Source: Oculina patagonica (taxonomy: Eukaryota). From it: 64,000 nucleotides of DNA. The notes under the pieces are model-generated. The model made no database searches. It had not been told where the DNA came from and saw only the letters and a program-made list of their open reading frames with translations. Position 1 is the stretch's first letter, and each line of letters begins with the position of its first letter. The DNA lies in contig NC_135771.1 of assembly GCF_052425735.1 (NCBI RefSeq), positions 5,828,001 to 5,892,000 on the forward strand. Direction: 5' to 3'. This document shows positions 32,570 through 46,800 of the stretch, piece after piece. The translations under genes were made by a program, and so were the position numbers.

Positions 32570-33810
32570 CAATCTCGAGCCCAGAGTGACCCCCGGCTCC
32601 GCGATCCGTCAGCGGTTGGTCAGCGGTAGGGTCGCCGGGACTCACTCTGGGAAACTGAATTTTAATTCAGTTGCCTACTGGTCCTCACAGAACAATGGAA
32701 ATCAACACGGAAGTCTGAAAATCTTCCCCGGAAGTAAACCAAACCGGAAACCCTGGAAAAACATTTTTTGTTTTCAATGGTCAAATGTTCAGATGTATCA
32801 CCTTAATTTTGTAAAACATCTAAGAACTCGTGATATGGCGCTACATAAATGTATTATTTTCTAATTCTACCATTTTTGAACTCAAAAGATACCATGAATA
32901 AAAAAGGACTTCCTTTAAACGTCAATTCTGAACGGAGTTTTAAAACAACAACGACGGCGTCACCAAGGACAAGGTCGATTGAAAACTCAATTTATACTTG
33001 ACTTACAAATCTTGCTAGAACTACTGTTTTCATTCAAATCTCCGTTACGGTTGAAAAACTGAATATCGCACTAACTAATAACGCAGAATTTGAACATTAC
33101 GCGTTGTTGTTTTGCTGAAAAAAAGGAATTGTACAATTGTGTGCACGTGAATTGCAATTAGCATTTTGGCGACTCAACTCGTGCACGAGTTGAGTCGCCA
33201 AAATGCTAATGACACCTTTTGAATAGCGTTGACCGGTGTGTTGACCGCCATTCGACGAGGAAAAAATTATTTGCTCGAAAACATGCAATCTATCATGAAA
33301 AGATGCGCTGTCAGCGAGAAGCCTCTGAAATATACGAAAGTCGCCAAACAAAATTTTTTATCAACAGAACAATAGCTTGTCCGTGCGTTGTGCATTATGT
33401 AAATTTTTTTCGCCGTCGTCTGACACACGCACGAAGGCAAACAAGATCTTTGATTTAAAACCAATATAGCAGTATGCTCAAGAAAGAGACTAACGGAAAT
33501 CAAAACACCAGACGCTCTTTTGTTAACTCTCTCTTTTGTTAACTGCAGAACGTTTTTGTTACGTTTGTTTCTTCGATAAACACCAGTTCTGTCGATACTG
33601 TGTTCAGTGTGTTTTAGAAATAGTTCAACTTTCTCGATTTACTTCCGTTCTGGTAAATTTACTTCCGTTTAGACCTGAGAGCATGCGCAATAAAAACCGG
33701 AAGACCAAGGTTCTACCAGAAATCGACCTGAAATTGATCTGATCGATTCCAGTTTCCAAGAGTCCGTCCCGTTCCGCTGACCGACTAGACGGACTCTGGG
33801 CTCGAGATTG
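32570..33810. mobile_element. Non-autonomous DNA transposon (Mutator-like) with 10-bp TSD
   Basis: TIR CAATCTCGAGCCCAGAGT / ACTCTGGGCTCGAGATTG; GCTTGATACC at 32560-32569 and 33811-33820. Confidence 0.85.
33157..33210. repeat. Perfect 54-bp spacerless palindrome
   Basis: ATTAGCATTTTGGCGACTCAACTCGTG|CACGAGTTGAGTCGCCAAAATGCTAAT. Confidence 0.95.
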
Positions 33811-34829
33811 GCTTGATACCCTGAACTTTTTTGGGCTATGAGCGCCAATTTTTTTGAATGGCAGATCGAAGACCAGTTGAAATAAATCAATTAGTTAATA
33901 AATTATTTAATGTGTTTACAAAATTTAAATACATACAAGAGTTAATTAAACAAATGATAAAAGAACTCTCACAGCATCAATAATGTTTAGTATATTTTAT
34001 TTCATACTACCTAATATCAGATTAATCTACTTTTTAAACCTTTTTACAGATATCTACAAAATCCGTCCTTTGAAACTTTACAAAATTAGTGTATTCACAA
34101 TTCATTCACCCTGCAAACTCGAAATCTGCAATAAAATATTAATTAACATTACACATCGGCACTCATAATTCACATGACGCGAGTGTTAAATAGTTCTTAA
34201 ACTTACAAACTTTACGTTAAATTTTGGTTCAGGAAGTTTTGAATTTATTTAATTCTGCCTCACTTAAACTTCAGTCTGTCATTCAGTTTGAAAACGAAAA
34301 ACGTTTGAGATGTCAATTAACGGATATTTTGCGCAATGCTAAAATGATGCTAAGTTAACTTACAAATTAACAGTTACGAAAAAGTGTTTTTTTTTTACTT
34401 CTAAAAATTCATGCCAATTAACCTGGCATCATTAGCGACCTTTAAAGTTAAGTTTGGGCAACGAGTGAATACAATTTAGATTCGCTTGTTTTAACATTTA
34501 TAAATCTTTGGCGGAGAAAAATACATTTTAAGATTAAATAACAGTAGCTTTGGAAAATTTCGCTAGGTGTCTAAATTTTGCAAATTTCGACGTATAAAAA
34601 TAAAGCAACTAGAATTACAAATCGCTGGTTTTTTATACGACTGGCTAAATGACGCTAGCCAAAAGATTAGAAAAAACATGCATTTTGTCTATACTTTAGA
34701 ACGCTTCGGGTACCTCCCAAAGGCGGATACCAATCCTAACTGGACACACAGTCGTGGTCCCAGTGACACAAACAAACACTGCAATTTCAACCTCCCATAA
34801 CCGTGCGCCTCTACTAAGTGGACACTTAA

Positions 34830-35139
34830 GAGGCCGTCTTTCTGAAAAACACCCAGTCAAATTCGCGTCAAACAATAATTTGCCTGAAACTCTGGCAACT
34901 GAAAAAATTTACCGAGGCTAGAACTAAAGCAGATTTGGTTTGATTCAAAATGATTTTTTGGCCGCACTTCGGGCCCGCTGTAACGTCTGCAAAATTAGAA
35001 AAATAGGCATTTTTCGAGCCGCTGTCAAATATTCCATTCGCATCGAACACCAACAGTATTTGTATCAGTTTGTTCATAAACATTTCTAGTTTTCTAAGAA
35101 AGTAGCAACTTTGTGGGTGTTTTTCAGAAAGACGGCCTC
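34830..35139. mobile_element. TTAA-flanked MITE
   Basis: TTAA-GAGGCCGTCTTTCTGAAAAACACCCA...TGGGTGTTTTTCAGAAAGACGGCCTC-TTAA. Confidence 0.85.
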
Positions 35140-35298
35140 TTAATCTGGTATCAAGAGAGGTTCGATTACGGGAAATTACACTGCACACCAAAATGACAGT
35201 GGGACACATTGTGCATTGTTGACATCCTCATAACGAATCCCATGAATGGCTTCATCTTTTTCGCTAGACTGACGTATTTCCGGTCACGTGCAGTGTTC

Positions 35299-38200
35299 TT
35301 ACGCCGGAAGTAAAGTTGTCCAAAGGTGGAAGCACACGGCGTTAATGACACTGTACACGTGACTTCTAGTCTTCTTGTTGAGTAAAGACCCGTTGTCATC
35401 TGTTAGATCCTCACGGAAAACAACTGAAATGTCCTGCAACAAACATAAGCAAAAAATACGTGGACAAAAGTTCCATTCGTTCAGTAAAAAAAAGTAAATA
35501 TAATGGTTTGCCAGTTTACAACAGTAAAGACTTTGAGCTGGAAACATGATCAAAATTTCATCAGCTGATGGGAAGCAACGCGATGGATGGCAAAACTTGA
35601 AAAAAGACCCTAACTTTTAAATATTCTCTAAGTAGTTGACCGGGAAACGTTTCTACGGCTCTTTTTCAATTATAAAGTTGTGTAATAAATCACCACTTTA
35701 TAATAATACTCGGCTAATACTTATTAGCCAAGCTTCGTTGTTGTTGAACATTGGCATCGGTCTTTTCTGTACGGACCTCGCTGCGCTTTATCTCAACTGT
35801 CAAGACCAAAGGCCAATATTGTCTCAGTACGGCCCTCGCGATTGGCAAACTACTTACTTAATACAATACTTACTGCACTATCGTTGTTTTCGTCCACATA
35901 AAGCAGAACAAACATCTCTGGACTTTCAGGGTTCAGGATTGCCAAGTAATGAACTGCACTGTCTTCGCTAGTGAATAATCGATGAGAGTCCGGGAACTTG
36001 GCGGTTATGACTCTGTAGAATAACGCAAATGTAAAATCTAAGTGGCTTATCAAGCTACGGGTAAATCCGTTTTCCGTAGGATTTAGCGACTAGGGGTACC
36101 GTAAAATGCCGGTTATAAGTCCCCCTCCCCTCATCCCACATGGTGAGGTGGCGCCCTATCGTCTGCAAACGAAAAAATATTCCGGTAATAAGCCCCTCAA
36201 CCCCCACCCCACATGGTTGGGGAGAGGGGGGGGAGGGGGGCATCTGTTGCTAACTTAAAAATATGCCGGTGATAAGACCCCCCCCCCCGGCCCTCGAAAA
36301 AAGCAATTTCCCAAGAAATCCATGTGTATAGTGGAATAGGTCCCTTACGTGAGATGCAAAAAAAAACAAAAAGACTCACCGAAAAAGATTTAGATACCAT
36401 GAAGCTCTCATCGACAGAAGAGGAATCAACTGCGGATCTTTATTCTTTAAAGATTTGCTTCCAACAATTGATAACAACTGTTTGAACTCTTCATAGTTCA
36501 GGCGAGGTGCCGACGCCTGGAAGGTAAAAATGGTAAGTCAGAAGCTGAGGCAGAGAGCATGTTCTTAGAAGAGTCGTTATATGTTTTTTTTTTTACGTAG
36601 TTTAAAACCAACTTCGCGGGATGTTGCAATTATTAACAAAACGATCAAACTTAAAAGGCAAGATGATTTCGCTATTTCAAAAAAGTTTCATCTATGAGTA
36701 AAGGAACAATCGGTAGTTCGTTTTGAATTAAATTTAAGTTGACACGACAAATGAGCAGCACTATTGTGCTACTTATTCTTTATTGAACATCTTTAGCTAC
36801 AGCTGTAATACTAAATGCATACAAGCTGATCCGTTATTTCTGCCGAGTCTTGGCTCCTCTATTAAGCCCCTCTTGACCTGCAAATAAAATTCCTAAGCTC
36901 TCACCAGAGCTCACAGTAACGAAGTCAAGATGAGCAATATGGCGTTGTGTAAAAGGAACTGTGTCACGGATTTTAGCTAAATTTAGGCATGAGAAATGAC
37001 CATCAAATTCGTTGAAATAACCTCTTAAAAAAGTGAAGGAACATTGCAATAACACACCAAATACAAAAGAAGGTACGGATGGCCAAAAGCAACAAAGATT
37101 GAAACGGTTTGCGATATGGGTTTTTGAAATATTGTTGGGCTGAACAGTTTTCAAGGTTAATCTTAATTGCTTGTAATTTAAATTATAACGCCCGGGAGAC
37201 ACATTTGGTTGCAAGGAAGCTATCGTTTTGTCATTAAGACCCACAGAAGGTATTTCTTTGCATACATTACGTTTCAAAGCGAATATTTGGCAAAAATTAA
37301 TAAAACAAACTTAACCCAGCCATGACACAGCCCCTTTAAAGAGTAACAGAATCACTAAGACGCTACCTGCTCATCCCCTGGAGTTCAGTGGATCCAAACT
37401 CTTCATCCAGCTTTGTTTCAGACTCACTTCTGAGTTGGATTTTCGCATCACGCTCTTTCGCCTCATCCTCTTTGCTCGATCTTTCTCCTCTTCCTCAGTC
37501 TCCCCAACAAGCAAACGATGCCACAGCAAGTCTCGGTTGCAGTGGGTCTGGGCCCGACAGGCTATATGCACGAGGTGATCACGTGCACGATTGAAAGCTT
37601 CCGTGAGGAGCCTGGATTCTCGTTGGGAGGCGTTGTCAGGCGAAGATTCTTCATAATTCGCCGGAAGTGGTAGTAACGTTGGTAGCGAGTCCCTGCGTTG
37701 TTCTGCGATGTTCTCGTCGGAGCGTGACGCATGGAAGTTGAAGACCTGGGAACCATTATCGTTGCCCAATGTGAACAGGGAGTGGGGTGAGGAGGCTGAC
37801 CTGTGAAACTCACCAGGGGAGGGAGGGTTGAGTACTCCCAGGGAACCGCTAGAGCTGCTGCTTGGTAGAGTGAATCGGACACGTGATCCTAAAAGTGGAA
37901 ACGGAAGCGAGGCTTCAAAACAAACTGTCGGTTGTTTTTACAGTCAACTCTCTCTAAGACGGACACCTTCGGGACCGGCCGCAGCTGTCCGTCTTAGAGA
38001 GGTGTCCGTCTTGTAGAGAGTCGAGGAAACATGACACCAGTAATTTTGAGATAATGAAGCTAAACCTATGCACAATAAATACTCGTCTGTTTTGAGTGTG
38101 TTGAAAGTCGCTTTCTTTAACAAAACCTACAAACAGGGACAACAATAATTTCAGAAAATTGTATCGTTTGTTCATTAAAATCGATAATTCACTGCTTCAC

Positions 38201-40861
38201 GTAAGCAGAGAAGCTTCATTGTTTTGGTTAGTAAGCTTGGTATGCGCGTATCCTTAGGGCGCTGACAAACTTTGCTTTATCGATATGAAGATTGGAAGTA
38301 ATTTCACGAATAAAACATGATAAAAAACACTTCTTAAGTGTCCGTTGATGATTTCAAAGTGTCCGTTGTCCGTCTTAGAGAGGTGTCCGTCTTATAGGGA
38401 GTTTAGTTACAGTAAAATGACTGAAAAACGGCAGGGACCATCCCCAGGTGTCCGTCTTATGGAGGTGTCCTCTTATAAAGGTGTCCGTTAGAGAGAGTTG
38501 ACTGTATTTAGCAAGTTTTCGGCAATCAACAGTCATCAAGATCATAGTAAATTATAACCATTTATAATGGTTTGATTTTGCGGAACAGTACTCGATACAT
38601 GACAGCACACAAAGAAGTAAGAATAATTAGCGATGGTGAGACAATTTATTGGACAAAACAGCTCGAAACATGCTGTGACGTTGAATTTTTCTCCTCTTAG
38701 AGATCGACAAAAGGTGGATTAACCGTATTTACTCGATTAAACGCCGAGGTGTTTATTTATTTTTTTGCGTTTCCAGTGCGGCGTTTATTCAAGGGCGGCG
38801 TTTATTCGAGGCCGGCGTTTAATTCAAAATCATATTTCTTAAATCACCGACAACAATTAAGGCAAATCATTTGTAAAAATTATGTAAAACAGAAACAGAC
38901 TTTGTTTAAAGTTCCATTGTCTCACTTTTTTGCTGAGATTGTGCAAGGATGGTGTAGATTACCGAGTTGTACCGTACTTGGTTTTATTTGATATTGCTTT
39001 TTCTTATAATCCTCGAATAAACGCCGCATTCTTCTGATTGGGTGCGGCGTTTATTCGAGGGCGGCGTTTATTGGTAATTTTTCTTCAATCTGCGGCGTTT
39101 AATCGAGTAAATACGGTAACTCTACATCCATGGATGAAACCCTTGAGTATGGCCATTCAAATGAAAGCTGTTGAGCGGTACTATCATGTACTAGGGTCTA
39201 ACTTTTACGCCAGGGAATGGTACCCTTGTGCATGGCCATTCAAATGAATGCTGTTGAGCAGTACATTAAATTAATTTCAGTTTTATTTGGCGTTCTTGGG
39301 TGTAAAAGTAATAACAACACAAACCTTTTCCCTGCTCTATTTCCCCTGCTTCAGGGAAAGACCCCTTTCTAGCCCCGCCCATAGTCGACAGCGAGCTTGA
39401 CGAAGGCGACTTCTTTCTCAGTCTTAAATCTAACGTCAATTTTGGAAACAACTCTCTCCGACTGGTCATCAGCACAACATACTCCATGGTGACCACACCC
39501 TCTTCCATCGAATCCTTGAGCGACACGACGAAACTGATGTCATATTCGTTGTTGTCTCGGAGGATGTCGTAAGCCTTCGTGTCCGAGTTTTGCTCTTGTG
39601 TAAGGACCTTGTCTGTGCCTAGCAACACGTGACTGGATTTTCCGGTATATTCCTGTTTTCAAAGGGAGCGTGTTGAAGTCGTACTTGGAAGCGTTTTTCA
39701 CCAGGTAGTTGAACACTGCTTGGGGTGAAATGCCTGGATGACATGGTACTGAAATTTCCCCTGAAAAGAATTTTCAGCACAACATTACAGCAAGGCGCCC
39801 AAAAGTGGACCACTTATATTCACATTCTCTGCAGAAATCCAATCAAAAGCCGTGGATAGCTTGCAGTTGACTTCTGATTGGAAAATCTGCACGAAAGAAT
39901 GTGAATAAATTAAAAGTGGTCACACTTTTGGGCGCCTTGCTGTAATACATCGTTTGATTTATTACTGTTTACGTCACACTCAAGCAAAATGGACGCTTTT
40001 GATTGGTTTGCAGTGAGATGATATTTAACTAAGACCTCAATAGTATTGCAACTCATCGCTTATGAAAGGGCAACAAAACGAGAAAGTAGTATATTAATGA
40101 TACTTAACATTATTCATTTCTCTCTCTACACCTATACGCTATTTGTCAGAATTGTGCATCTTATCAAAGTAGAAATAAAGATACAACGTGCGGACAGAAC
40201 AGACCATATTAAGTTTGCTATCGAGTGCAAGCTCGCGGCTTTATGTCGTTGTTGGCAGCTCATGATAGAAGAAAACCATATTAATATTTAGAGCTACTAA
40301 AACCTTACTGTCCATGGGCATACCGTAAAATGCCGGTTTTAAGCCCTGGGCTTATACAACTTTGTTGGGGTGCGCTTATAACTTGTGGAGCTTATATTTG
40401 ATCTCACCCTGCTTGCGAACGTATTCAATTACTGCTTTCACGTGAAATACGATGTTCTGGAAGTGAGAGAAAATTTTAATTTTGAGCAGACGGACGAGGC
40501 AATAATCTAGGAGGGAGAGGAGGGCTTACCACCAGCGTTTTACCATATTTTAGTTGAAAAGCAGCTCGTTGGTGGGGAATTTTTTTGCCTAAGAGCTTAT
40601 TTGAGGAAGCGTACTGTAAGCTGTACAACAGGAGTTCTATTGATTACCATTGCAAAGGCGGTTCCTTGCAAACAACGGACACTTGGCGTACTCCAGTAAC
40701 AATCCCTTGAGCATGTGTGTGACACCGTAACCCTTGTTGAAGATTCGCTGGCTTCCATTCAAATACAGCTGAACTTTACACAAATGAAAGTCATAGTTGA
40801 ACGAGAGCAGATGAATGTACTCCCTGTAGCGATTGCAGTCTTCAACAAACACTCGGCACAA
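35299..40861 (-). CDS. SZT2: SZT2 terminal exons 40648-40861, 39325-39760 (frameshifted), 37428-37888, 36380-36516, 35874-36012, 35299-35433 (stop)
   Basis: [60 protein letters not shown]-stop. Confidence 0.88.
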
Positions 40862-43800
40862 CTGTGAAATAAGAAGAAGCAGTTTATAAGGCTAAATTCT
40901 CCTTACATTATCAGTACATTGTCAAGCAGACAGCTAATGAGAACAAAGAAAATCATCAACAAGAAAAAATTGTGTAATAAAGAGCGATTTTCGATTGAGT
41001 ATCGTAAAACTAAAACAAGAGTAATCACTCTGGCCAATCACAAAGGATACACACAATACAGTAAACCAATCAAAACTCGAAGCAAATACATGTACCCGGC
41101 ACGAAGCGCGGGAAAACGCGTGCGAACAAGTCATGATTGGTTCTGGTTTTATTTTCTGATTGGTCCAGAAAGTGGCGCAAGGTTTTTTTAAGCCAAAGCA
41201 AACGCAAATTTCTTTCGACCCTCAAGTGAAAAACACTCTTTTTATAGTGGATTACGATTAATACTATGTTTTTTTTTTCATTTTATAACAATTCTCTTAT
41301 TCTCATAGATGATTTAGAAGACGTTTTTGAAGGAGGAGAAACAGGGGATAATAATAGGGGGAAATGAGGATCTAAGGACAATTTAAATTAAGAGTTTTAT
41401 TTCGAGTTGCAAATTATTAGACTGACACCAAACTACATGTAGGCTACCTCCAAATAGACTGTTTGGTCCGAAATAATACTGATTTTTTTCCTTCGCTTAA
41501 CTAAAAAAAAATTCCCCTCTACTCTCTAATTGACAAAAATCGCGGAAATCGGTAAAAAGGAAAAAATTAATCTCTGTCTTTAATAGGCGCTTTGCACGAT
41601 TGGGTCATCTGGTACAAAATCAGCCATACAGGACCACAAACCACGCAAGGGGGCATAAAGAATAAAGCGACTTGCACCAGTCAAGCTTCATGTTCCTTTG
41701 TTTTAGATGTCTCACTGCGGCGTAGCATGGCTGATTTTGTACCATGTGACCGGACCATATGTACCATGTGACCGGACCATATGTACCATGTGACCGGACC
41801 ATATGTACCATGTGACCGGACCATATGTACCATGTGTGCAATGGACTATTTCTACTCGTACTGGAAAGGCAACTAAGGTCTCATTAATGTCATCTAGCAA
41901 TCACATGACCTTCTAACATCTTTTTATTGATCTCTTGCCTCAGACCGCTGCATAGGTAAAATTTCGCAGAAATTGCTTACATAGAACTGGTTTGACGGTG
42001 TCAAGCTCGTTCAGACAACCATGGTCACAAGTATTGGAAAATAATCATTCACACACATTTTGCCCCTCCCCACCCCTATGCAATGTTGTTAAAAAACATT
42101 CATCTGACAGATGAAAGCGTCTTACCACTTGCCAACATTGAAAGGGGGAACGGGGGTACTGACACGTATTTAACAGTTACTATGGTGATGAATTCATGTT
42201 TTTAAGAGCGTTTCAACCAAAAATGTCCATGGTTGTAGAAAGGCAATCTGAAACCTCATTTCTGTATTAGTGCACTCACCTGCATACCAACTGTTTTGCC
42301 AGAAGGAATCTGTGAACATGCTAGAGAATACAATCGCACGATGAAGAAGCATCCCTGAACAACAAAAATAAATTCAATCAGTTAGACTTCCCATAAACGG
42401 TTTAATAAAATCAGGGACTTCAAAATAATAACTGCATGTAATAACTGATGAATTGTGCTCTAGTTAGTTATTCTTTCTGTCAAAGTAGCGTTCAAAATTT
42501 TCTTGTCATTCATCACATAGCATTACAGCAAAACAGCACGATCAAACACGGCCAAACCCGACCGATGGCCGAACACGGCCGAAAATTACCAAGCAGAACG
42601 AAACTTGACCGACGGCCGAGCACGACCAAGCACGACCAAATTTATACGACAGTCGCCGGCAGTTGGAGAAACGAGTAAGTTTCGATCTTATAATTTGCTA
42701 GGTTGTACTGACCTGAAACACTAACTCCATCAGCATAATTCCACCGGCCGAGGTCCTCTGTAGGTAACACTGCAAGGTTTTTGGCGGACTGCCCTTTTTT
42801 TCTTTTGATGAGGATTGTTTTTTTGTGTCAACTGGGCTGGATTCTCTCTTTGGCTTGGCGCTAGCAGCTGAACGGCCAAGATGTCTGAATAATAAACAGT
42901 AATGTGTTTATGCTATGATAGGTATTTCAACCTTTTAAGACTGTGTACAAAACCCCAGTGTGTGACCATTCAAATGAAAGCTATTGAGCAGTACTTTCAT
43001 GTGGAACTGTTTATTATGTTGTACAAGGTGGTTCTAACTTTCAAGTCTGTGAATGTAACCCTAGTGTGTGATCATTCCAATGAGCTACTGCGCAGTACGT
43101 TTATGTGGTACTGTTAATTATACTATACAAGGTGGTTGTAACTTTAACGTCTGTGGATAAAACCCTAGTGTGTGGCCATTCAAACCAAAGCCATTGAGCA
43201 CTACTTTTCTTGTGGTGCTGAAATAATTCCATATGGTACTATTTAATAAGCTGCGAAAGGTTGATCTAACATTAAGTCTGTGAATAAATCCTAGCATGTG
43301 ACCATTCAAATGAAAGCTGTTAAGAAGCACTTTCATGTAGTACTGTTTGTTATGCTGCACAAGGTGGTTCTAACTTTTTAAGTCTTTGAATGTAACCCTA
43401 GTGTGTGACTATTCAAATGAAAGCGATCGAACAGTACTTTCATGTGGGACTGTTTGTTTAACGGTTTAAACATACCTTCTGGTTTGCTTTGGTGATTGTG
43501 GTCGGGTCTGTACCACAATGAACCGCAGTGACTGCATGTACTGTACATACTGCTGCATATACGCAGATTGAAGCTCCTGATGCCAAGCTTCTTCACAAGA
43601 TGGCGTCTTCCCTGCTGGATCAACTGATTTTTCTTTCTTTGTGGACTCACCAACAGTTTGTTTTTGCCCTTTACTGATCTTTCTTTCTTTAGTTTCTGCT
43701 TTTTTCTCTTCTGTTAGTAGCTCGTCTGGAATACCCGTGGAATTCTCTAGTCCTGAAGAGGAACGCAACTTTCTCCACTCAGGGTGGAACAGAAGCGGGG

Positions 43801-46800
43801 CTGCACAGTAGTGGATTAACCTGGAGGAACGCTTGAGTGTTTCGATTTTGTCCTCCTGTGAAACAACAACAGAACATGGTTCTAACTTCTAGTGTGTGAC
43901 CATTCAAATGCAAGCTATTGAGCAGTACTTTTATGTGGTAATGTTTATTATGCTGTACAAGGTGGTTCTAACTTCTAAGTCTGTGGATGAATCCCTAGTG
44001 TGTGACCATTCAAATGAAAGCTATTGAGCAGTACTTTCATGTGGTACTGTTTATTGTGCTGTACATGGTGGTTCTAACTTCGAAGTCTGTGGATAAAACC
44101 CCAGTGTGTGACCATTCAAATGCAAGCTATTGAGCAGTACTTTCATGAGGTACTATTTATTTTGCTGCACAAGGTGGTTCTAACTCCCAAGTCTGTGGAT
44201 GAAACCGTTGTGTGTGACCATTCAAATGAAAGCTACTGAGCAGTACGTTTATGTGGTAATGTTTATTATCCTGCACAAAGTGGTTCTAACTTCTTAGTCT
44301 GTGGATAAAACCCTGGTGAGTGACCATTCAAATGAAAGCCATTGAGCAGTACTTTTATGAGGTATTGTTCGTTCTCCAATGTTTTGCAAAACAAAAGTTG
44401 GGATTCTTCAACCTTTTCTTTGGCAGCCTTTGAGTTAAGGATTTAAGAGGAAATCCGCCAGGACTTCGAGTAGTTATTGGACAAAATTATGTACCAAAAC
44501 TATTTACACCTGATTGCAAGCTTTTGTGTTACTGCTTCAAATATCTTATCGAAAGAAATCTTTTCTAACAACACCACACATCGAAAACACATTTTGAAGT
44601 TCCGCTGAATTCCACTGAATCGCTTAAAAGATGTAAGCTTTTGCCCATAGCTTGTGAACTTTAAATATCATTTTCTCAGACTCTGATAAGAAATTGTTGT
44701 ACCAGAATAATTTCCACCTTATTGCAAACTTTTTTGTTACTGCTTCAAATATCTTATTAAAAGAAATCTTTTCTAACTACACCACACATCGAAAACACAT
44801 TTTGAAGTTCCGCTGAATTCCACTGAATCGCTTAAGACGAATTTACAAAATGGCTACACGTGAGATTTTGCCCATACCTTGTAAACTTTGAAATTCATTT
44901 TCTCAGACTCTGATAAGAAATTGTTGTTGGTGTTATCACGGATAATAACTTACATCTTTACCTTTTATTAAGGGTAGGAAATAACGCAATAGGATTTAAA
45001 TTATTCTGGAAATTGATTTTTGTCCAACTTTAATAAATATTACTCGACTTCCTAGTGGATTCCGTCTTAATGTGTTGAGCATTAAAAGGGATCAGTCACT
45101 GAACTTACACTTATCTGTACATGAGGAGGCCTTCGTTGCCACATGACGTAAAGCTCGTCCAAGTTCTGCGCCAAAATCGCTTCTAAAAAAAAGAAAAGTT
45201 ATAGTAATGGTGACAAACTCAAAACAATTACAATGTTACTATGCAGTCACAACAATACAAGTGGCTTGAATGAAGGGGAATATAACTTAAGGTTTTCTAA
45301 GAGATGATCATTGACTGAAGCACTCCGGCAAAATTTATAGTAATCTAAACAATTGAAAGAAATGATTACAGAAATGAAGAGAATATAAGATTTATGTATA
45401 ATGTCCCATTTGTGTGCTTACATTCTTACATTAAATATTAGAATGCAAGCAAACAGTCACAATAATACAGTGAGTCCTGGGCGAACATTACCATATAAAA
45501 TAACGTTAAGTAAATGAGCCCTTACTTTTTATCTGGACCGAACGAATCTCCTGGAAAATAAGGAAAGCGAAAGAACTGGTGAGAATTCATTTTATTTTTT
45601 GTTAATAATAATTGACAACTTACTGGCAAGAACGACAAAAAATAACCAATCATAAAACGAGAAACAAAGCAAAAAAATTGCTTTTAGAAAGCGTAAATAG
45701 CAAATTACCTGAAACTGGTACCCATGCCTCTTAACGGGATCACGGTTGTGAAAATAAGGAGTGCGGTAAAGAGGCTTGGGAGGTGTGACGTCACGGAGCA
45801 CTTCATCAAATACCAGGATGTTCGGAGAGGGTGGCATTTGTCTCGGCATGACACGTTCACGCTACAGAAAAAAATTCAACAATCACATATTTTTTTATTT
45901 TATTTTTGTCTTGCCGTTAAATCAAACTTGGCTATGATCACATAGAATAAAGGCTGAAAAAAGGGAATGACGATCATCTGTTTTAACGAAGTTACGTATC
46001 CCTATAGCTTCTTGTTAACCGAGTTTGACCGAAGAAACCACTTGTAACGTCGTACACACATTAGTTTAAGGAATGTGTCAACCAAAGCCAAAGCCAGGCC
46101 AAGTCATGAGATATTTTACGGTATACCAGAGTTATCTACTTACGTCCGGTGGAGGCGGTCCAGGATGGCTTATTAACAGCACCATGTCCTTATCATTGGC
46201 AGACAAACAGAAAGGATTCATTTCCTGCAAAACAACGGGCTACAATGCTAAAGAGTTCATAAAAAAAAAACAAACATAAAAACACATACATAGTTAGAGC
46301 CATAAAAAGTAATTGCTAAAAAAGATAAAGTCACAGCCGGACCGAACTGGTTCACACATGTTACAAATTGAAAATGCAGAGGACCATTCGACGCTTTGAT
46401 AAGTTTCGTGGTAACTTTCTTTCCGGATCTTCCGAAGGGATGCGTGTACTAGACGTCACTCAAAGTGAAGAACAAACAACTTAAATTTCAAGGCTAGTAC
46501 GACGGGAAAAAAGCCTGCCTATCTTCATTTCCGTCCTACTAGCCTTGCAATTTAAATTGTTGTTTCACACAGCCGGAGCTTATATCGAGTTTCCGTATCA
46601 TGAAGCATCTAGTAGTACTGCTCTTCCCCGAATGGGATCCAAGCTTAACGCCAGTTACCCATGCCCCACCGCCTCTCCCCGGCCCAAGCATTCATTTTGT
46701 CGGGTTTCTCTAACAGTTCTTCGGTACCCTTTTGTTCTGCGTTCGAGCCAAGTGGACCATCAGGCCGGAGCACATCCCGCATTAAGTGACAAGGAGTATT

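Noticed and set aside
36097-36290. Twister-ribozyme-like CCGGT..TAAG.CC motifs (also about 40321-40350)
   Set aside because: They follow TACCGTAAAATG, a MITE terminus, and I could not find the twister pseudoknot pairings.
36823-36877. Extra SZT2 exon (CAG|GTCAAG...T|GTATGC)
   Set aside because: It would exit in phase 1 while the next exon needs phase 0; the flanking exons join in frame without it.
39653-39684. 32-nt GT-AG mini-intron or programmed frameshift explaining the SZT2 frame break
   Set aside because: Removing it does not restore the frame, and there is no in-frame stop or convincing slippery site at the shift point.
41739-41836. CRISPR-like array (also the 106-bp and 260-bp repeats)
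   Set aside because: Head-to-tail tandem units without unique spacers; no cas genes; eukaryotic context.
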